This document shows, one piece after another, positions 44,965 through 58,733 of a stretch of 64,000 nt of DNA. Both the position numbers and the translations under genes were made by a program. The stretch's first letter is position 1. Each line of letters begins with the position of its first letter. Origin of the DNA: Octopus vulgaris (lineage: Eukaryota). The stretch covers positions 7,502,001-7,566,000 of the forward strand of contig OX597835.1 in NCBI GenBank assembly GCA_951406725.2. Direction: 5' to 3'. A model generated the notes under the pieces. The model was not told the origin of the DNA, did no database searches, and saw nothing but the letters and a program-made list of their open reading frames with translations.

Positions 44965-45295
44965 ATGGCTCAGTGGTTAGAGCGTCGAGCTAACGATCGT
45001 GAGGTTGTGAGCTCGAATCCCGGACCGGGCTGCGTGTTGTGTTCTTGAGCAAGACACTTTATTTCACGTTGCTCCAGTTCACTCAGCTGTAGAAATGAGT
45101 TGCGACGTCACAGGTGCCAAGCTGTATCGACCATTGTCTTTCCCTTGGATAACACTGGTGGCGTGGAGAGGGGAGGCCGGTATGCATGGGCGACTGCTGG
45201 TCTTCCATAAAAAAACCTTGCCCAGACTTGTGCCTCAGAGGGTAACTCTCTAGGTGCAAACCCATGGTCACTCATGACCGAAGGGGGTCTTTACC

Positions 45296-45298
<3 letters not shown>
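44965..45298 (+). mobile_element. tRNA-derived SINE family C (V-domain-like); further copies at 1936-2095 (+) and 28333-28587 (-)
   Basis: tggctcagtggttagagcg...tcgaatccc head followed by tgttgtgttcttgagcaagacacttt. Confidence 0.8.
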
Positions 45299-45359
<61 letters not shown>

Positions 45360-45363
45360 ACAT

Positions 45364-45471
<108 letters not shown>

Positions 45472-45497
45472 ATGTATACATATATATATATATATAT

Positions 45498-46420
45498 AAA
45501 ACATTACGTTATATAATTAGGCCTCAGTAAAAAAATTTACTTTACCACACACCGAACTTTTAGAAATAGCAGCCAAAATATTTTAGCTATTTCCTCTACT
45601 ATAAGAAAAGTCTCCCAGACAATGTATACTCAAAAATAATTCACGCATGGGTATGTTCGATTTTTAGTGCTCTCAAATCCAAACCTAAAGAAATCTTGGG
45701 CTGATGACGGAAATATTGATCTCTATATCCAACTAATCCAGAAACGGCGTTCTCAAGTAATCGATGTACGTGTGATCTTTCGTTTTTTTCCCGTCTATAC
45801 CTGCGTGAATTATTTTTGAATATACACTACCGTCAGAAATTAATTAGCACCCTAGATTTGCTCTTCACTCAAGGTATTTGCTGTCACCTAGTGGCCATAT
45901 CTCGAACTATTGCTTTGATGCGAGTTCACTGTTGCGCAGAACGATGACGTAACTTTGTTTGCAGAGCAGTTTGAGAGTCTACAGCCTTATGATGTTGACA
46001 TAGCAGTGCAACAACTTGGAGTGCGGATGCAGACAAATCTTCCTTTGTTTAATAGATATAGGTAGCGCCTCGCAAGGACCGAAATCACACCATACTAAGT
46101 TTTCTCATCGCGTAAGACGTTTTGAACAGCTCATAGGTTAATTGATTTAACCTATTTAATGTAGAAATTTGAGAAGTGCTAATTAATTTCTGACGCAAGT
46201 GTACATTGTCTGAGAGACTTTTCTTATAGTAGAGGAAATAGCTAAAATGTTTTGGCCGCTATTTCTAAAAGTTCGGTGTACGGTAAAGTAAATTTTTTTT
46301 ACTGAACCCTAATTATATAACGTAATGTTTTAAATATACCGTAAATGGTATTTTTACATACTGAACACTACTTGGTAAAATTGATAATTAATAATTAATC
46401 AATTTTACCCTTTTATTATT

Positions 46421-46425
<5 letters not shown>
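45498..46425 (+). mobile_element. (TA)n-flanked fold-back element with hammerhead motif in the loop (45695-45757)
   Basis: Left arm 45498-45653 pairs with 45797-45824 plus 46202-46331. Motif cttggg-CTGATGA-cgga...tcca-GAAAC-ggc-GTT-ctcaag. Unpaired tail 46332-46425. Confidence 0.75.
45825..46201. mobile_element. Tc1-type MITE nested in the right arm of the fold-back
   Basis: TIRs cact..cgtcagaaattaattagcac / gtgctaattaatttctgacg..agtg with TA on both sides; removing it restores the arm. Confidence 0.8.
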
Positions 46426-46452
<27 letters not shown>

Positions 46453-46456
<4 letters not shown>

Positions 46457-46685
46457 TTTATTTAAAGCAGCAGAAAATTCAACAGAATCTGTTACTCTGA
46501 GTTTCTCGTTGCCGTTCAGACAGTTTTTGTTATAACAAAATCTGTCCGATGAATGGCAATGTGAAACTCAGAGTAACAGATTTTGTTGAATTTTCTGCTG
46601 CTTTAAATAAAGTATATTACTCTACCACTGGCATTTGAGTACTCTTTTTTTCCACCTTGTTTCACATTTATGTGTTTACTCCGGA
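46453..46685 (+). repeat. (TA)n-flanked hairpin element (arms about 80 bp, 46453-46615) plus unpaired tail
   Basis: atactttatttaaagcagcag... / ...ctgctgctttaaataaagtat; contains CCGATGA...GAAAC (weak hammerhead-like). Confidence 0.8.
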
Positions 46686-46804
46686 ATATATATATATATA
46701 TATATATATATTGAACACATATTACACTTATATATTATGTATATGATATATATATAAAATAGATATATAGGTAGATATATACTAATATATATTGTATATA
46801 TATT

Positions 46805-46881
<77 letters not shown>

Positions 46882-47216
46882 AGGTTGGTCAATCTTGGTT
46901 GCATAAATCTCAAATGAATAAATGAACGTCCTCACCTGTAGTAGTTATATGATGTCACCAAAACCGTTAATAACATTACTAGTTTCAGTTGGAAACATCT
47001 GCCTGTCTTTTCATATATTAATTATTAATTATCAAACTGCCATTTAAGATCTTTCTTTCCTCATTGTTTTTCTGCGGTCAGGCTTTCTTACCTGTTGCCT
47101 AATGTACAAACAGATTTCATTATTTCTCCATTATGAGATTTAAGCATGAGGATTCAGTTGGACACGAGGTTTTATTTCATGTAATTTCTTCTGAACTATG
47201 CTACGTGTATGTTTCG

Positions 47217-47600
47217 GAGGCGCAATGGCCCAGTGGCTAGGGCAGCGGACTCGCGGTCATAGGATCACGGTTTCGATTCCCAGACCGGGCGTTGTGAGTG
47301 TTTATTGAGCGAAAAAACACCTAAAGCTCCACGAGGCTCCGGCAGAGGATGGTGGTGATCCCTGCTGTACTCTTTCACCACAACTTTCTCTCACTCTTAC
47401 TTCCTGTTTCTGTTGTACCTGTATTTCAAAGGGCCGGCCTTGTCACTCTCTGTGTCACGCTGAATCTCCCCGAGAACTACGTTAAGGGTACACGTGTCTG
47501 TGGAGTGCTCAGCCACTTACACGTTAATTTCACGAGCAGGCTGTTCCATTGATTCGGATCAACCAGAACCCTCGTCGTCGTAACCGACGGAGTGCTTCCA
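47217..47600 (+). mobile_element. tRNA-derived SINE family D
   Basis: gaggcgcaatggcccagtggctagggcagcggactcgcgg...tttcgattccc head; matches 36836-37214 (-) and pieces at 49240-49510 and 44535-44640. Confidence 0.85.
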
Positions 47601-47869
47601 AAAGAGATGCATAATTATTGCGGCATTTTTTTTTCATCAAATTTTATTCAGCAAAAATATTAACAATATTTAAAAGAAACATCTTTAAATGATAGTCTGA
47701 CCATCTGGCAAGCAAATGGGAAGCAGTAATCGAAGTATATGGTGAATATGCTCCATGTTGTTTTTGTTACATGTTGTTAATGCTTTTCTTGAATAAAATT
47801 TGTTGTAATTATGCACCAACCCAATACATGCATGCATACAAACATATATATATACATGACAGAATTTAA

Positions 47870-48226
47870 TTGATCACATCGACCCTTGTGCGTAACTGGT
47901 ACTTAATTTATCGACCCCGAAAGGATGAAAAGCAAAGTCGACCTCGGCGGAATTTAAACTCAGAACGTAACGGCAGACAAAATACCTATTTCTATTTCTT
48001 TATTACCCACAAGGGGCTAAACACAGAAAGGACAAACAAGGAGAGACATAGGTATTAAGTCGATTACATCGACCCCAGTGCGGAACTGGTACTTAATTTA
48101 TCGACCCCGAAAGGATGAAAGGCAAAGTCGACCTCGGCGGAATTTGAAATCAGAACGTAACGGCAGACGAAATAACATTAAGTGTTTCGTCCGGCGTGCT
48201 AACGTTTCTGCCAGCTAACCGCCTTA
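47870..48226 (-). mobile_element. Tandem SINE family B copies
   Basis: cttaatttatcgaccccgaaaggatgaaa...cagaacgtaacggcagac occurs twice. Confidence 0.8.
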
Positions 48227-48707
48227 AGATTTCTATTTCCATAGTAACCAAATCAAAGAAGCACCACGTGTTGCATGGCTGATCGTTACTAAAGATGCTG
48301 CGCTTGCGCAGAAGCAGGACAAGGAGATACAAGAAAGATTATTTTTTTTAATAAAATCCTAGTTAATGTTTTCACATGCCGATACCCCCTCCTCCTTGAT
48401 GAGGGAAGACGCAGCATACGTGATGTTTTCTGATTGGCTGAAAATTCCGTAAATGATCAAACATTGAATAGCTGTAACATTTTTGAGAAATTTTTCTAGA
48501 ATAAGTGAGTAAAAAATTCGGATTCAGCGCCAAAATTTCCATCTCTAAGGTACGTTAACATTTTCTTACTAAAGAAAATTATAAGTAGTGACGAAAACCA
48601 CAAAGATCCGGCTTACAAAGAATGAGTCCTGCGGTCGATTTGCTTGACTAAGGTCGTTGCTCCAGTATGGCCGCAGTCAAATGACTGAAACAAGTAAATG
48701 AATGTAT

Positions 48708-48747
<40 letters not shown>

Positions 48748-48899
48748 TGGTCGGCCAAGGATATAGTAGAAGACACTTGTCCAAGATGCTGCGAAGTGGA
48801 ACTGAACCCGAAACCATGTGGTTTGGAAGCAAACTTCTTACAACACAGCCACGCCTATAAATACATTTACATATCCACGCACACTCACACACATTCATA

Positions 48900-48973
<74 letters not shown>

Positions 48974-49527
48974 ATCCAAACAAGAAAACACAGAAAAAAA
49001 GAAGAAAAAAACACAGCAACGCGAGGATGTGGAACAATATATAAATATATATATATATATATACATACAATTATGCATATATATATATATGCATATACAT
49101 ACATGCATATATACATATCACGTGATCACCTGACCGACCAGACCATCAGATGTTGTTACACATCGCTGGTCACAAAGCGTTTGCATTGTTTTAGCCTTCG
49201 GATGACGCCACCCCGCTGGCTAAGCGAGCAGGCGAACAGAAGAAAGAGTGAGAGAAAGAGTGGTGAAAGAGTACAGCAGGGATCACCACCACCCCCCTGC
49301 CGGTGCGTCGTGGAGCTTTTAGGTGTTTTCGCTCAATAAACACTCACAACGCCCGGTCTGGGAATCGAAACCACCGTCCTACGACCGGGAGTCCGATGCC
49401 CTATCCAGTGAGCCATTGCGTCTAAACGGCATAAAAGCAACACACGGAGAAAACAGATAGTAACGCAGTAACGCGAGTCCGCTGCCCCAACCACTGGGCC
49501 ATTGCGTCTCCACATATATACATATAT

Positions 49528-50113
<586 letters not shown>

Positions 50114-51269
50114 TATATATATATATATATATATATAAAGAGACCAGCAAGAAATGTCATCGTTATTTTCATTGCAAGTATTATGAACTGTATAACTGGC
50201 TGACAGGATGTCCCATTTTGAATAAATTGTTCGCTTTCCCATGGCTGAGTTCCAGCTAATTAAACCACAGCAGTGTGAAATAGAAGGCATTTTCCATGGA
50301 CTCAACGCAGTCCAAGGAGTGAATGCTCGATATCATAAGCCGAACACTCCGATCTTGGCCATTACGCCTTCACGAGGGAGAAACAAACAAGTTGATAAAA
50401 ATTTTAGCCAAGACAAATTTCGACGATGGGAGATAACTTTCAAAACAAAGAGCATGCGTTTACGAGTTGTCTCCCTTTCACAATTACATTTGCTTTTCCT
50501 ACCATTTGCCATGCAAAGAAGAAGCTTCTTCGACCAGGTCGGGTGAGGTGTTAGAAATAGCAGCTAAAGCTCATGCAACATTCCCATCATTATTGTCTAC
50601 GATATCTTATGATTGTGAAATAATATGGGAAACGTTGTTAGGAGGTTAGCAATGATTTGAAAGTTTGTTTTCTTTCTTTTATTTGTTTCTAGTATCGGTT
50701 ATTGGACTGCGGCCATACTGGAACATCACCTTGAAGAATCTAGTCAAACAGATTGACCCCCGATACATACATACATACATACATACATACATACATACAT
50801 ACATGCATAAATACATAAATACATACTTACATGCACGCATGCTCACACATACATACATAGTTATAAGTATGTATACATACATACATATATACATACATAC
50901 ATACATACATACATACATACATACATACATACATGCATACATACAGATATGCATCCCATAATTTTATTTTCAAGTTTCCTTTTGCGCGTGTATATAGAGG
51001 TTGGGCCAAAAGCCACGCACCTGGTAAGAGCAATACGTACCGGATTTGTCAAAATAACGACCGCCGTGGTCGGCTTTGCCTTTCATCCTTTCGAGGGCTG
51101 TAAATTAAGTACCAGATGCGCACCTGGGTCGATGTAATCGACTTAATCCCTTTGTCTGTCCTTGTTCGTCCCCTCTATGTTTAGCAGCCTTGTGGCCAAT
51201 AAAGAAATAAGTGATGAAATAACGATGAATGCGCAGGTGCTTTTGCATGATGGACGAAAAAAAAAAAAA

Positions 51270-51403
51270 ATAACAACAACAACAACAACAATCATAATAA
51301 TAATAGTGATAATAATAATAATAATCATAATAATAATGATAATAATAATCATAATAATAATAGTAACAACAACAACAATGATAATAATAATAACAACAAC
51401 AAC

Positions 51404-51440
<37 letters not shown>

Positions 51441-51605
51441 GTGATAATAATAATAATCATAATAATAATAATGATAATAATAATAATAATAATAATAATA
51501 ATTGTAACAACAACAACAATGATAATAATAGTAACAACAACAATAATATTAATAATAATAATAATAATAGTGATAATAATAATAATAATCATAATAATAA
51601 TAATG

Positions 51606-51655
<50 letters not shown>

Positions 51656-51671
51656 CATAATAATAATAATG

Positions 51672-51707
<36 letters not shown>

Positions 51708-51818
51708 GTAACAACAACAACAATGATAATAATAATAACAACAACAATAATATTAATAATAATAATAATAATAGTGATAATAATAATAATAATCATCATA
51801 ATAATAATGATAATAATG

Positions 51819-51851
<33 letters not shown>

Positions 51852-51922
51852 GTAACAACAACAACAATGATAATAATAATAATAATAACAATAATAACTA
51901 TAATATTAACGATGTTAATAAT
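51270..51922. repeat. (ATA/ACA)n compound microsatellite with higher-order repetition
   Basis: gtaacaacaacaacaatgata and gtgataata..atcata blocks recur about four times. Confidence 0.9.
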
Positions 51923-52574
51923 AAAAATATGCAAGGGAGACAACTCATACACGCATACAGTATGTTTTGAAGTTATATCCCATGGATAAAATTTGACTTG
52001 GCTAAAAGTTTTATCTACGTTATGATTTCTTCCTTGTGAAGGTGTGTTGGCCAAGCTCGGGTGTTCGGTTCATGATATCAAACGTTCAGTTCTTGGAGCG
52101 GATACTGTGTTGAGTCCATGGAAAAGGCCTTCTTTTTTCACGCTGCTGCTGTTTAATTAGCTGAGACAAAAGCACAAGACTTGGACTTAATCTATTATTT
52201 AATTATCTTTCTTTGCTATGATTTATATATATATATTACATGTACGCAAAGGGGTGGTTGTGTGCTAAGAATCTTGTCTCCTAACCTCATGATACCGGGT
52301 TCCATCACGTAGCATGTATCTTTTATTATAGCCTCGGGTCGACGAAATCCTTGTGAGTGGATTTGGGAGATGATATATATATATATATATATATATATAT
52401 CTTAAGTATGTCCTTGAGAACGATTATTTATGTAATCTTTTTTGCCCAATATTTTAAGGAACTTGTTGAAATTTTTTATGTCCTTAACATGTCCCTGTTA
52501 CCAAAGACTGTATATATATATGTAATGTAGCAATTTGCAACAACCAATAATTAACGCAACCAAACTTCCACATG

Positions 52575-52619
52575 TTACTTTTGACAATCTTTTTCCAAAG
52601 AGTGAAACCGGTAGAGTAA
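52575..52619 (+). ncRNA. Degenerate minimal hammerhead ribozyme motif
   Basis: ttactt-TTGACAA-tcttt..aaagagt-GAAAC-cg-GTA-gagtaa, about 80 nt before (TA)n. Confidence 0.45.
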
Positions 52620-52699
52620 ATAAACATCTTTTAAATTGCATTTTCAAACGTTCTTTCGTATATAATTCCACTTGTGCGGTACCCCACAACTCCACTTTG

Positions 52700-52744
<45 letters not shown>

Positions 52745-52747
<3 letters not shown>

Positions 52748-53051
52748 TACATTTAAACAAAGAAGAGGTTTCTATCAAAGGGTACCTGCACGCTAGAGAG
52801 GACAGATAAATTCCAAACCACTATTAGGGATAAAATTTCGAATGGTAAATGTTATTATTTTTCTTTCCATTCGGAATTTTATCCCTAATAGTGGTTTGGT
52901 ATTTAACTGTCCTCTCTAGCGTGCAGGTAGTCCTATGATGGATACATCTCTTGTGTTTAAATGTACACAGTATTTATATGAATAATATATAGTCTATTGG
53001 GTAAATATTCTAGAGGCTAGGCCACTGGTAATGGGAATATTTCAAATTTTA

Positions 53052-53053
<2 letters not shown>
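52745..53053. repeat. (TA)n-flanked fold-back (arms about 105 bp, 52745-52968) plus unpaired tail
   Basis: gtgtacatttaaaca...tacctgcacgctagagaggacag / ctgtcctctctagcgtgcaggta...tgtttaaatgtacac. Confidence 0.85.
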
Positions 53054-53100
<47 letters not shown>

Positions 53101-53131
53101 ACGTATATATGTGTTTGTCTGTGTGTATATC

Positions 53132-53163
<32 letters not shown>

Positions 53164-53185
53164 TGTATGTATGTATGTATGTATG

Positions 53186-53252
<67 letters not shown>

Positions 53253-54542
53253 ATATTTGTGTGCATGTATTTCATTATTTGACATATTTTGAAACCTCAG
53301 TCAAGGAGATGCGCAGGACATAGTGATCACTCGTCTGGCAACGAATTACTGAAAACCCATCATCTTATCAAGTGCAGCCTTCTTAAGAATGGAAATACTG
53401 TGTGCACAGTGCGAACCTATGCACATTATATCGGTCAAAACGAAGCTTGCTGTGATCATAACTCAATCACCTATCGATCGTAACTCAATCACCTATCGAT
53501 CATAACTCAATCACCTGTCTGCTTGACTACGACTGTACGATCAAACACACCACAACATCAATAAATATTTTTGACAAGGAAGCAACCTTGCTGCAACGGC
53601 TGCAAATCCGGGTGTCACCTTCCATAATCACGAGGAGAGAACATTCAAGAAATACTTGGTCCTCACTGGCTACTATCAGTTTGTACCGGTTACGTAGAGA
53701 CCTCAGGTGTTCTTGGACTTCATTCCAAACTGAGGGATGAAGGCGGCCCATTGGATTAATGAACCTCAGGAAGTGGCTGCTGCAATGTTCTTCGCGGCAA
53801 CGCCATCACGGTCACTTCTGTGAAGCCCAGCTGAGCACACTATTCGTTCTGGGTTATGTGACCCACAGTCCCTCCCCTCAATTTCTACTGGTTAAGTTGT
53901 TTTTCTCTCTTTTCCTTTCTTATCTCTTATTTTTTTCCTATTTCTTTTTTAAATTTTATATTCTAGAACTCGTAGAATATATGTTTTTACAATAATATAG
54001 CATACCACTGCAATGTAAATTCTTACCATTCATATCGATAACTTAAAGGCAAACACCACAGCGAAGAACAAACCTCAAAGACTTTGTTACCGTTCAATAA
54101 CTTACAAACAAATAGGAAAATTGAAAAACGAAGCACTAAGTATTTGTAATGCTTTAATAAATTTATTTAATTGAGATTTCATTAAGATTTGACGGAATAA
54201 TAACATAAATATATTAGATATTAAATACATTCGTCGTATTAATTTAGGTTTGTAAGAAAAGTCACAGTTGTAAGTTATGGTTTGCAGATTTTCTCTTCTT
54301 TTACCATTTCAGTTTTTGTGCAACATACGTGAATTTCTTTCCAGGATAAATTACAAAATCAAAATTCTGCTCGTTGATATTTTATATTTCATTAAGTCTC
54401 TTGATGTTTATTCATAGTTTTCTACTCTCATAGGATTTGACGATTGGTTAAATTTCAAAATTGAAAAATTAGTAGATTTTCCCCTTCTATAAAAACAATC
54501 TGACCCATGACATTTATCCACAAGATTCAAAAGAGCAGGACG

Positions 54543-54738
54543 TCAATAAATTGGTAAATTTACAAGGAAAACGAGAATAGCGATTACACTTTGGAGTATA
54601 CTATTATGAGTGGCGCGGCTTTTATTTTGTGTTCTACACCAGCAACCTGATTGTTTCCGAGGGCAAATACATACCATACCTGGGCAGCAGCGAACGACTG
54701 GCTTATATTTATGACAATAGCCATATGAGCAATCGGCC
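54543..54738 (-). CDS. Terminal coding exon of a knottin (inhibitor cystine knot, agatoxin-like) precursor with a hydrophobic C-terminal tail
   Basis: Acceptor ttctgtatttacag|G, then (phase 2) ADCSYGYCHKYKPVVRCCPGMVCICPRKQSGCWCRTQNKSRATHNSILQSVIAILVFLVNLPIY* with TGA at 54545-54543. Cys framework C-x4-C-x8-CC-x4-C-x-C-x6-C-x-C. Minus-strand AATAAA at 54412-54407. Confidence 0.8.
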
Positions 54739-55014
54739 CTGTAAATACAGAATATTGTAGTGAAATAATAAACTCATTAAATTATGGTTTCTCGTTAGGG
54801 AAGAAGTTGTTGCATTTTATTGATGTCGAAAAAAACCAACGGGATGTGAATGTACAGCATGCAGAACCGAAACAAATAGGACGGGTCATATGTTTCAGTT
54901 CTTTCAAAAATTGTCATTTGTACTTTCTCCAGTATTTAAAAAAAAACCAAGTCTATGAATATATATTTCCCGAATTTCATAAGTAGATAAGTAGATGTAG
55001 ACAGTGATATGGTA

Positions 55015-55513
55015 ATTCTTTTCTACTCTTGGCACAAGGCCCGAAATTTTTTTTTTGGGGGGGGGGGGAGGGGAGTGGGGCCAGTCGAATAGATCGACCC
55101 CAGTAAACAATTGGTTCTTAATTTATCGACCCCGAAAGGATGAAAGGCAAAGTCGACCTCGGCGGAATTTGAACTCAGAACGTAGAGACAGACGAAATAC
55201 CGCTTGACACCTCGTCCGGCGTGCTAACGTTTCTGCCGGTTCACCGCCTTAGTGACAGGGTAATTAATAAATAAATGGTGTTAATAGTTAGAGGGGAAAG
55301 GCTGTGAGCAGGCAGAATCGTTAGTACGCCGTGCGATATGCTTAGAGGTATTTCGTCTGCCGCTACGTTCTGAGTTCAAATTCCGCCGAGGTCGACTTTG
55401 CCTTTCATCATTTCAGGTTCGATAAATTAAGTACCAGTTGCGTCCTGGGGTCGATCTAATCGACTGGCCCACGCCCCCATCATTTCGGGCCTTGTACAAA
55501 GAGTAGAAAAGAA
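55015..55513. mobile_element. Head-to-head inverted pair of SINE family B copies
   Basis: Minus copy 55015-55250 and plus copy 55298-55513, each with its own imperfect TSD-like flanks. Confidence 0.8.
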
Positions 55514-55579
55514 TAGTTAGAAGGAAGGTAAGAAGTTGAGTATTGATGTATGTCAGTTAATAATCGCCACCAAGATTTG

Positions 55580-55854
55580 CCTAGTACTAATTCTATCTTT
55601 ATCTCTTGCCGAACCGCTACGTTACGGGGATGAAAACACACCAGGATCGGTTATCAAACGATGTTAGGAGGACAATACATACATACATACATACATACAC
55701 ATGCATGCATGCATGCATACATACATACATACATACATACATACATACATGCATGCATGCATGCATCCATACATGCATACATACATACATACATACGTAC
55801 ATACATACATACATACATACATACATGCATGCATGCATGCATGCATGCATACAT

Positions 55855-55885
<31 letters not shown>

Positions 55886-55989
55886 TACATACATAGATAC
55901 ATACATACATACATACATACATACACACACACATACATACATACATACATACATACATACATACATACACACACACATACATACATAGA

Positions 55990-56021
<32 letters not shown>

Positions 56022-56050
56022 CATACACACACATACATACATACATACAT

Positions 56051-56081
<31 letters not shown>

Positions 56082-56128
56082 TACATACATACATACATAC
56101 ATACATACATACACACATACACTCACAC

Positions 56129-56169
<41 letters not shown>

Positions 56170-56286
56170 CATACATACATACATACATACATACATACAT
56201 ACACACACACATACATACATACATACATACATACATACACACATACACACACACACATACATACATACATACATACATACATACAT

Positions 56287-56335
<49 letters not shown>

Positions 56336-56432
56336 TACATACATACATACATGCATACATACATACATACATACACGACGAGCTTCTTTCAGTTCCGTCT
56401 ACAAAATCCACTCACAAAGATTTGGTCAGCCC
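55580..56432 (-). mobile_element. SINE family A with about 700 bp expanded internal (CATA)n/(CA)n tract
   Basis: SINE A halves at 55580-55675 and 56374-56432 flank the microsatellite. Confidence 0.7.
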
Positions 56433-57204
56433 AATTATCTTCTATGTTGTAATTTATCGTCACTGTTGTGACATAAATCAATAAATTAAATTTTATATTC
56501 ATGAATCTCAGCAGATCATGTAGTTGTGGTAAGCAAGCTACTTACCACACAGCCACTCTGTCTACTTTTAAATGCCATCCCCCCCCCCCCCCGATATTCT
56601 TCAATCAGCCTAAGTCTTATTGATCCTCTACGTTTGAATTTATCGTCACTATTCTGACATAAATAAATAAATTAAAATTTTGTTTCATGAATCTCAGCAA
56701 AATTTAACCGAGATTTCCTCGTCTGCAACTGGGGAATCAAACCTGCATTTCTTTTGTTACGGTCATTGTGGTTTGTCCTATGTACTTCTCTACGCATCCT
56801 AAATAAGATATGAAAACGACGTTTCCAAAAGAAGACTCAAAACAAATCCTCAATCTTGAAAATAACATTTGAAATGGGAATCTTAGCCTCTATATGATTT
56901 TCAAATCTGGTTACTTTGGTTTATTTACCTCTGTATCAATTAAAATGAACATTAATGTCTGTCTATAAGTAAATGCTTAAGTTCTTGAAGCTGTATACCA
57001 TGTCACATTTGTGTATACAGTTTTGGCTAAATTAGACTGCAAGAAAATAGTAATATGAATATGAAGACAACCTCTCTTGTGTTTGTGTAGGTGACCGCTA
57101 CATTACATCTCACATTGTGCAATCAAAGAACGGCAAATATACGCGCACATGCAAACACATATCTCTATGATAATCTACTTGTTCGTTCGCCCATTATATA
57201 TTAA

Positions 57205-57598
57205 CTAGCAGTATCGCCCAGCGTTTCCCGGCTTTGTTTCGACTCTTTAGAATTAGAATTTTTGAAAAGTAAAACTTTTGCATTATGTAGTTTGTTATTA
57301 ACTTTAAGTGAGCATTTATCTGGTTGAAATACACGGAAAACTTGCGAGACAGTAATCAAAATATCGTAAAAAGTAGGGATTATCATAGAAAAAAAAAGCA
57401 CCTTCGTGATGTAAAAAATGTTTGGTGTTAAAATAGCCTGATTTGAATTTTTTCTTCTACGGAAGGAAGAGCAAGCCTTCTTCTATCATACTCTCAATTT
57501 TGCTCAACTTGCGCCGAATGGTCTCGGAGGAGAGAGTGTTAGATGAAGGCTACCAAACCTGCCACGCACAGACAACTTCAGCTTTATACAGAGATAGA
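57205..57598 (-). mobile_element. Non-autonomous Helitron
   Basis: Minus strand starts A|TC, ends CTAG|T, with subterminal GC hairpin gccggg..ctgggc. Confidence 0.7.
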
Positions 57599-58279
57599 TT
57601 AGTTCGAAAGCTGAAGGTGGAGTAGGTGCGAGGTGGAGTAAGACTGAGGAGAAGAGAGAGAGGGAGGAGTGAAGAAAAAGAGAAGAAGAAGTAGAGAGAA
57701 CTGATTAATATTAATGTAATTAAGCCAAAGGCGTTGATTGGTGAGCTGAAGGGTGAGGCGACGAACGAGAGAAAAAGAGAATACGATCGAGAGGGAGAGA
57801 AAGAGAGATAGAGAGAGAGAGAGTGAGAGAGAGAGAGGGAAAAGGACGCAGCTGCTGTGACGGTGGGGGTTGTGGTGGAGGTGTTTTGATAGTGAAAAGT
57901 ATCTATTTTTATGAACTAATTTTTTTTCTCATAGTGACCATTGCTTATCGCATAAGTGTAGTTATTTATTATGTGCTCGCTTAAAATTTGATATTTGTTT
58001 ATAAAGGCCAACTCTGGATTCCCAGGAAATACAGTTACAAGCTGCTGAAGAAAGAATGAGCAGACATGGAGCACGGATCAGAGGGGGAAAGAGGTAAAAA
58101 TAATACAGTCGATGACGTGAGGATATGGATGCTGACAAACGTCAAGAATATTTAAAGAATCCTCCTTTCTCTCATAAACAGGTCCTCTTACTATTTCCCA
58201 TTCCGTGGAATTTGGACAGGTCACTATAGTAGATATATATTATTGAATTCCATTCACTTTTCCTCGACCAAATTCATTC

Positions 58280-58523
58280 AGCTGGTATTGTCAAGCGATA
58301 TTGGGAAGTGGAACAAACACAGACCCACAAACATATACACACACCTACATATATAAATACATATATACTTCTTTCCTTTCCGTCTACCAAATCCACTCAC
58401 AAGGCTTTGGTCAGCCCGAGGCTATAGTAGGAGACACTTGCCCAAGTTGCCATGCAGTGGGACTGAACCCGAAACCATGTGTTTGGTAAGTAAGCTCCTT
58501 CCACACAGCCACTCCTACGCCTA
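58280..58523 (-). mobile_element. SINE family A (partial)
   Basis: Reverse complement of the family A 5' half. Confidence 0.7.
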
Positions 58524-58733
58524 TATTACTCGTGAATTTTTTTTCCTATCGTCTCACTTGATATATTCCCGTTTCATATTCTCTTTTACACCAAAACTAC
58601 AATCAGGAATGAGTCTAAAGAATGGAATATCGCCAATATTGATGACCGCTCTACTATAGACACAAGCCATGAAACCTTACTAGAGGGCGCTTGTCTAGTA
58701 ATTCGATAACATATGTAGATATGAAGATCTTAC

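Noticed and set aside
44965-45035. tRNA-like sequences (also 47217-47290 and 1936-2000)
   Set aside because: These are SINE heads continuing into SINE bodies, not stand-alone tRNA genes.
53456-53516. Three 22-bp repeats (taactcaatcacctatcgatc)
   Set aside because: Contiguous tandem repeat without spacers; not CRISPR, no cas genes, eukaryotic context.
54675-54738. Short EMI-domain-like exon ending at CCPG via gtatgg/gtatgt donors
   Set aside because: Reading through gives four more correctly spaced cysteines, a hydrophobic tail, a stop and a polyA signal, which is a more coherent model.
56929-57036. Minus-strand candidate exon with good acceptor ttttcttgcag
   Set aside because: Stops in all three frames before the gtaaat donor, and incompatible with the phases of the upstream exons.
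58025-58220. Possible plus-strand exon pair (EIQLQAAEERMSRHG.../SSYYFPFRGIWT)
   Set aside because: Weak splice sites, no recognisable domain, no consistent continuation.
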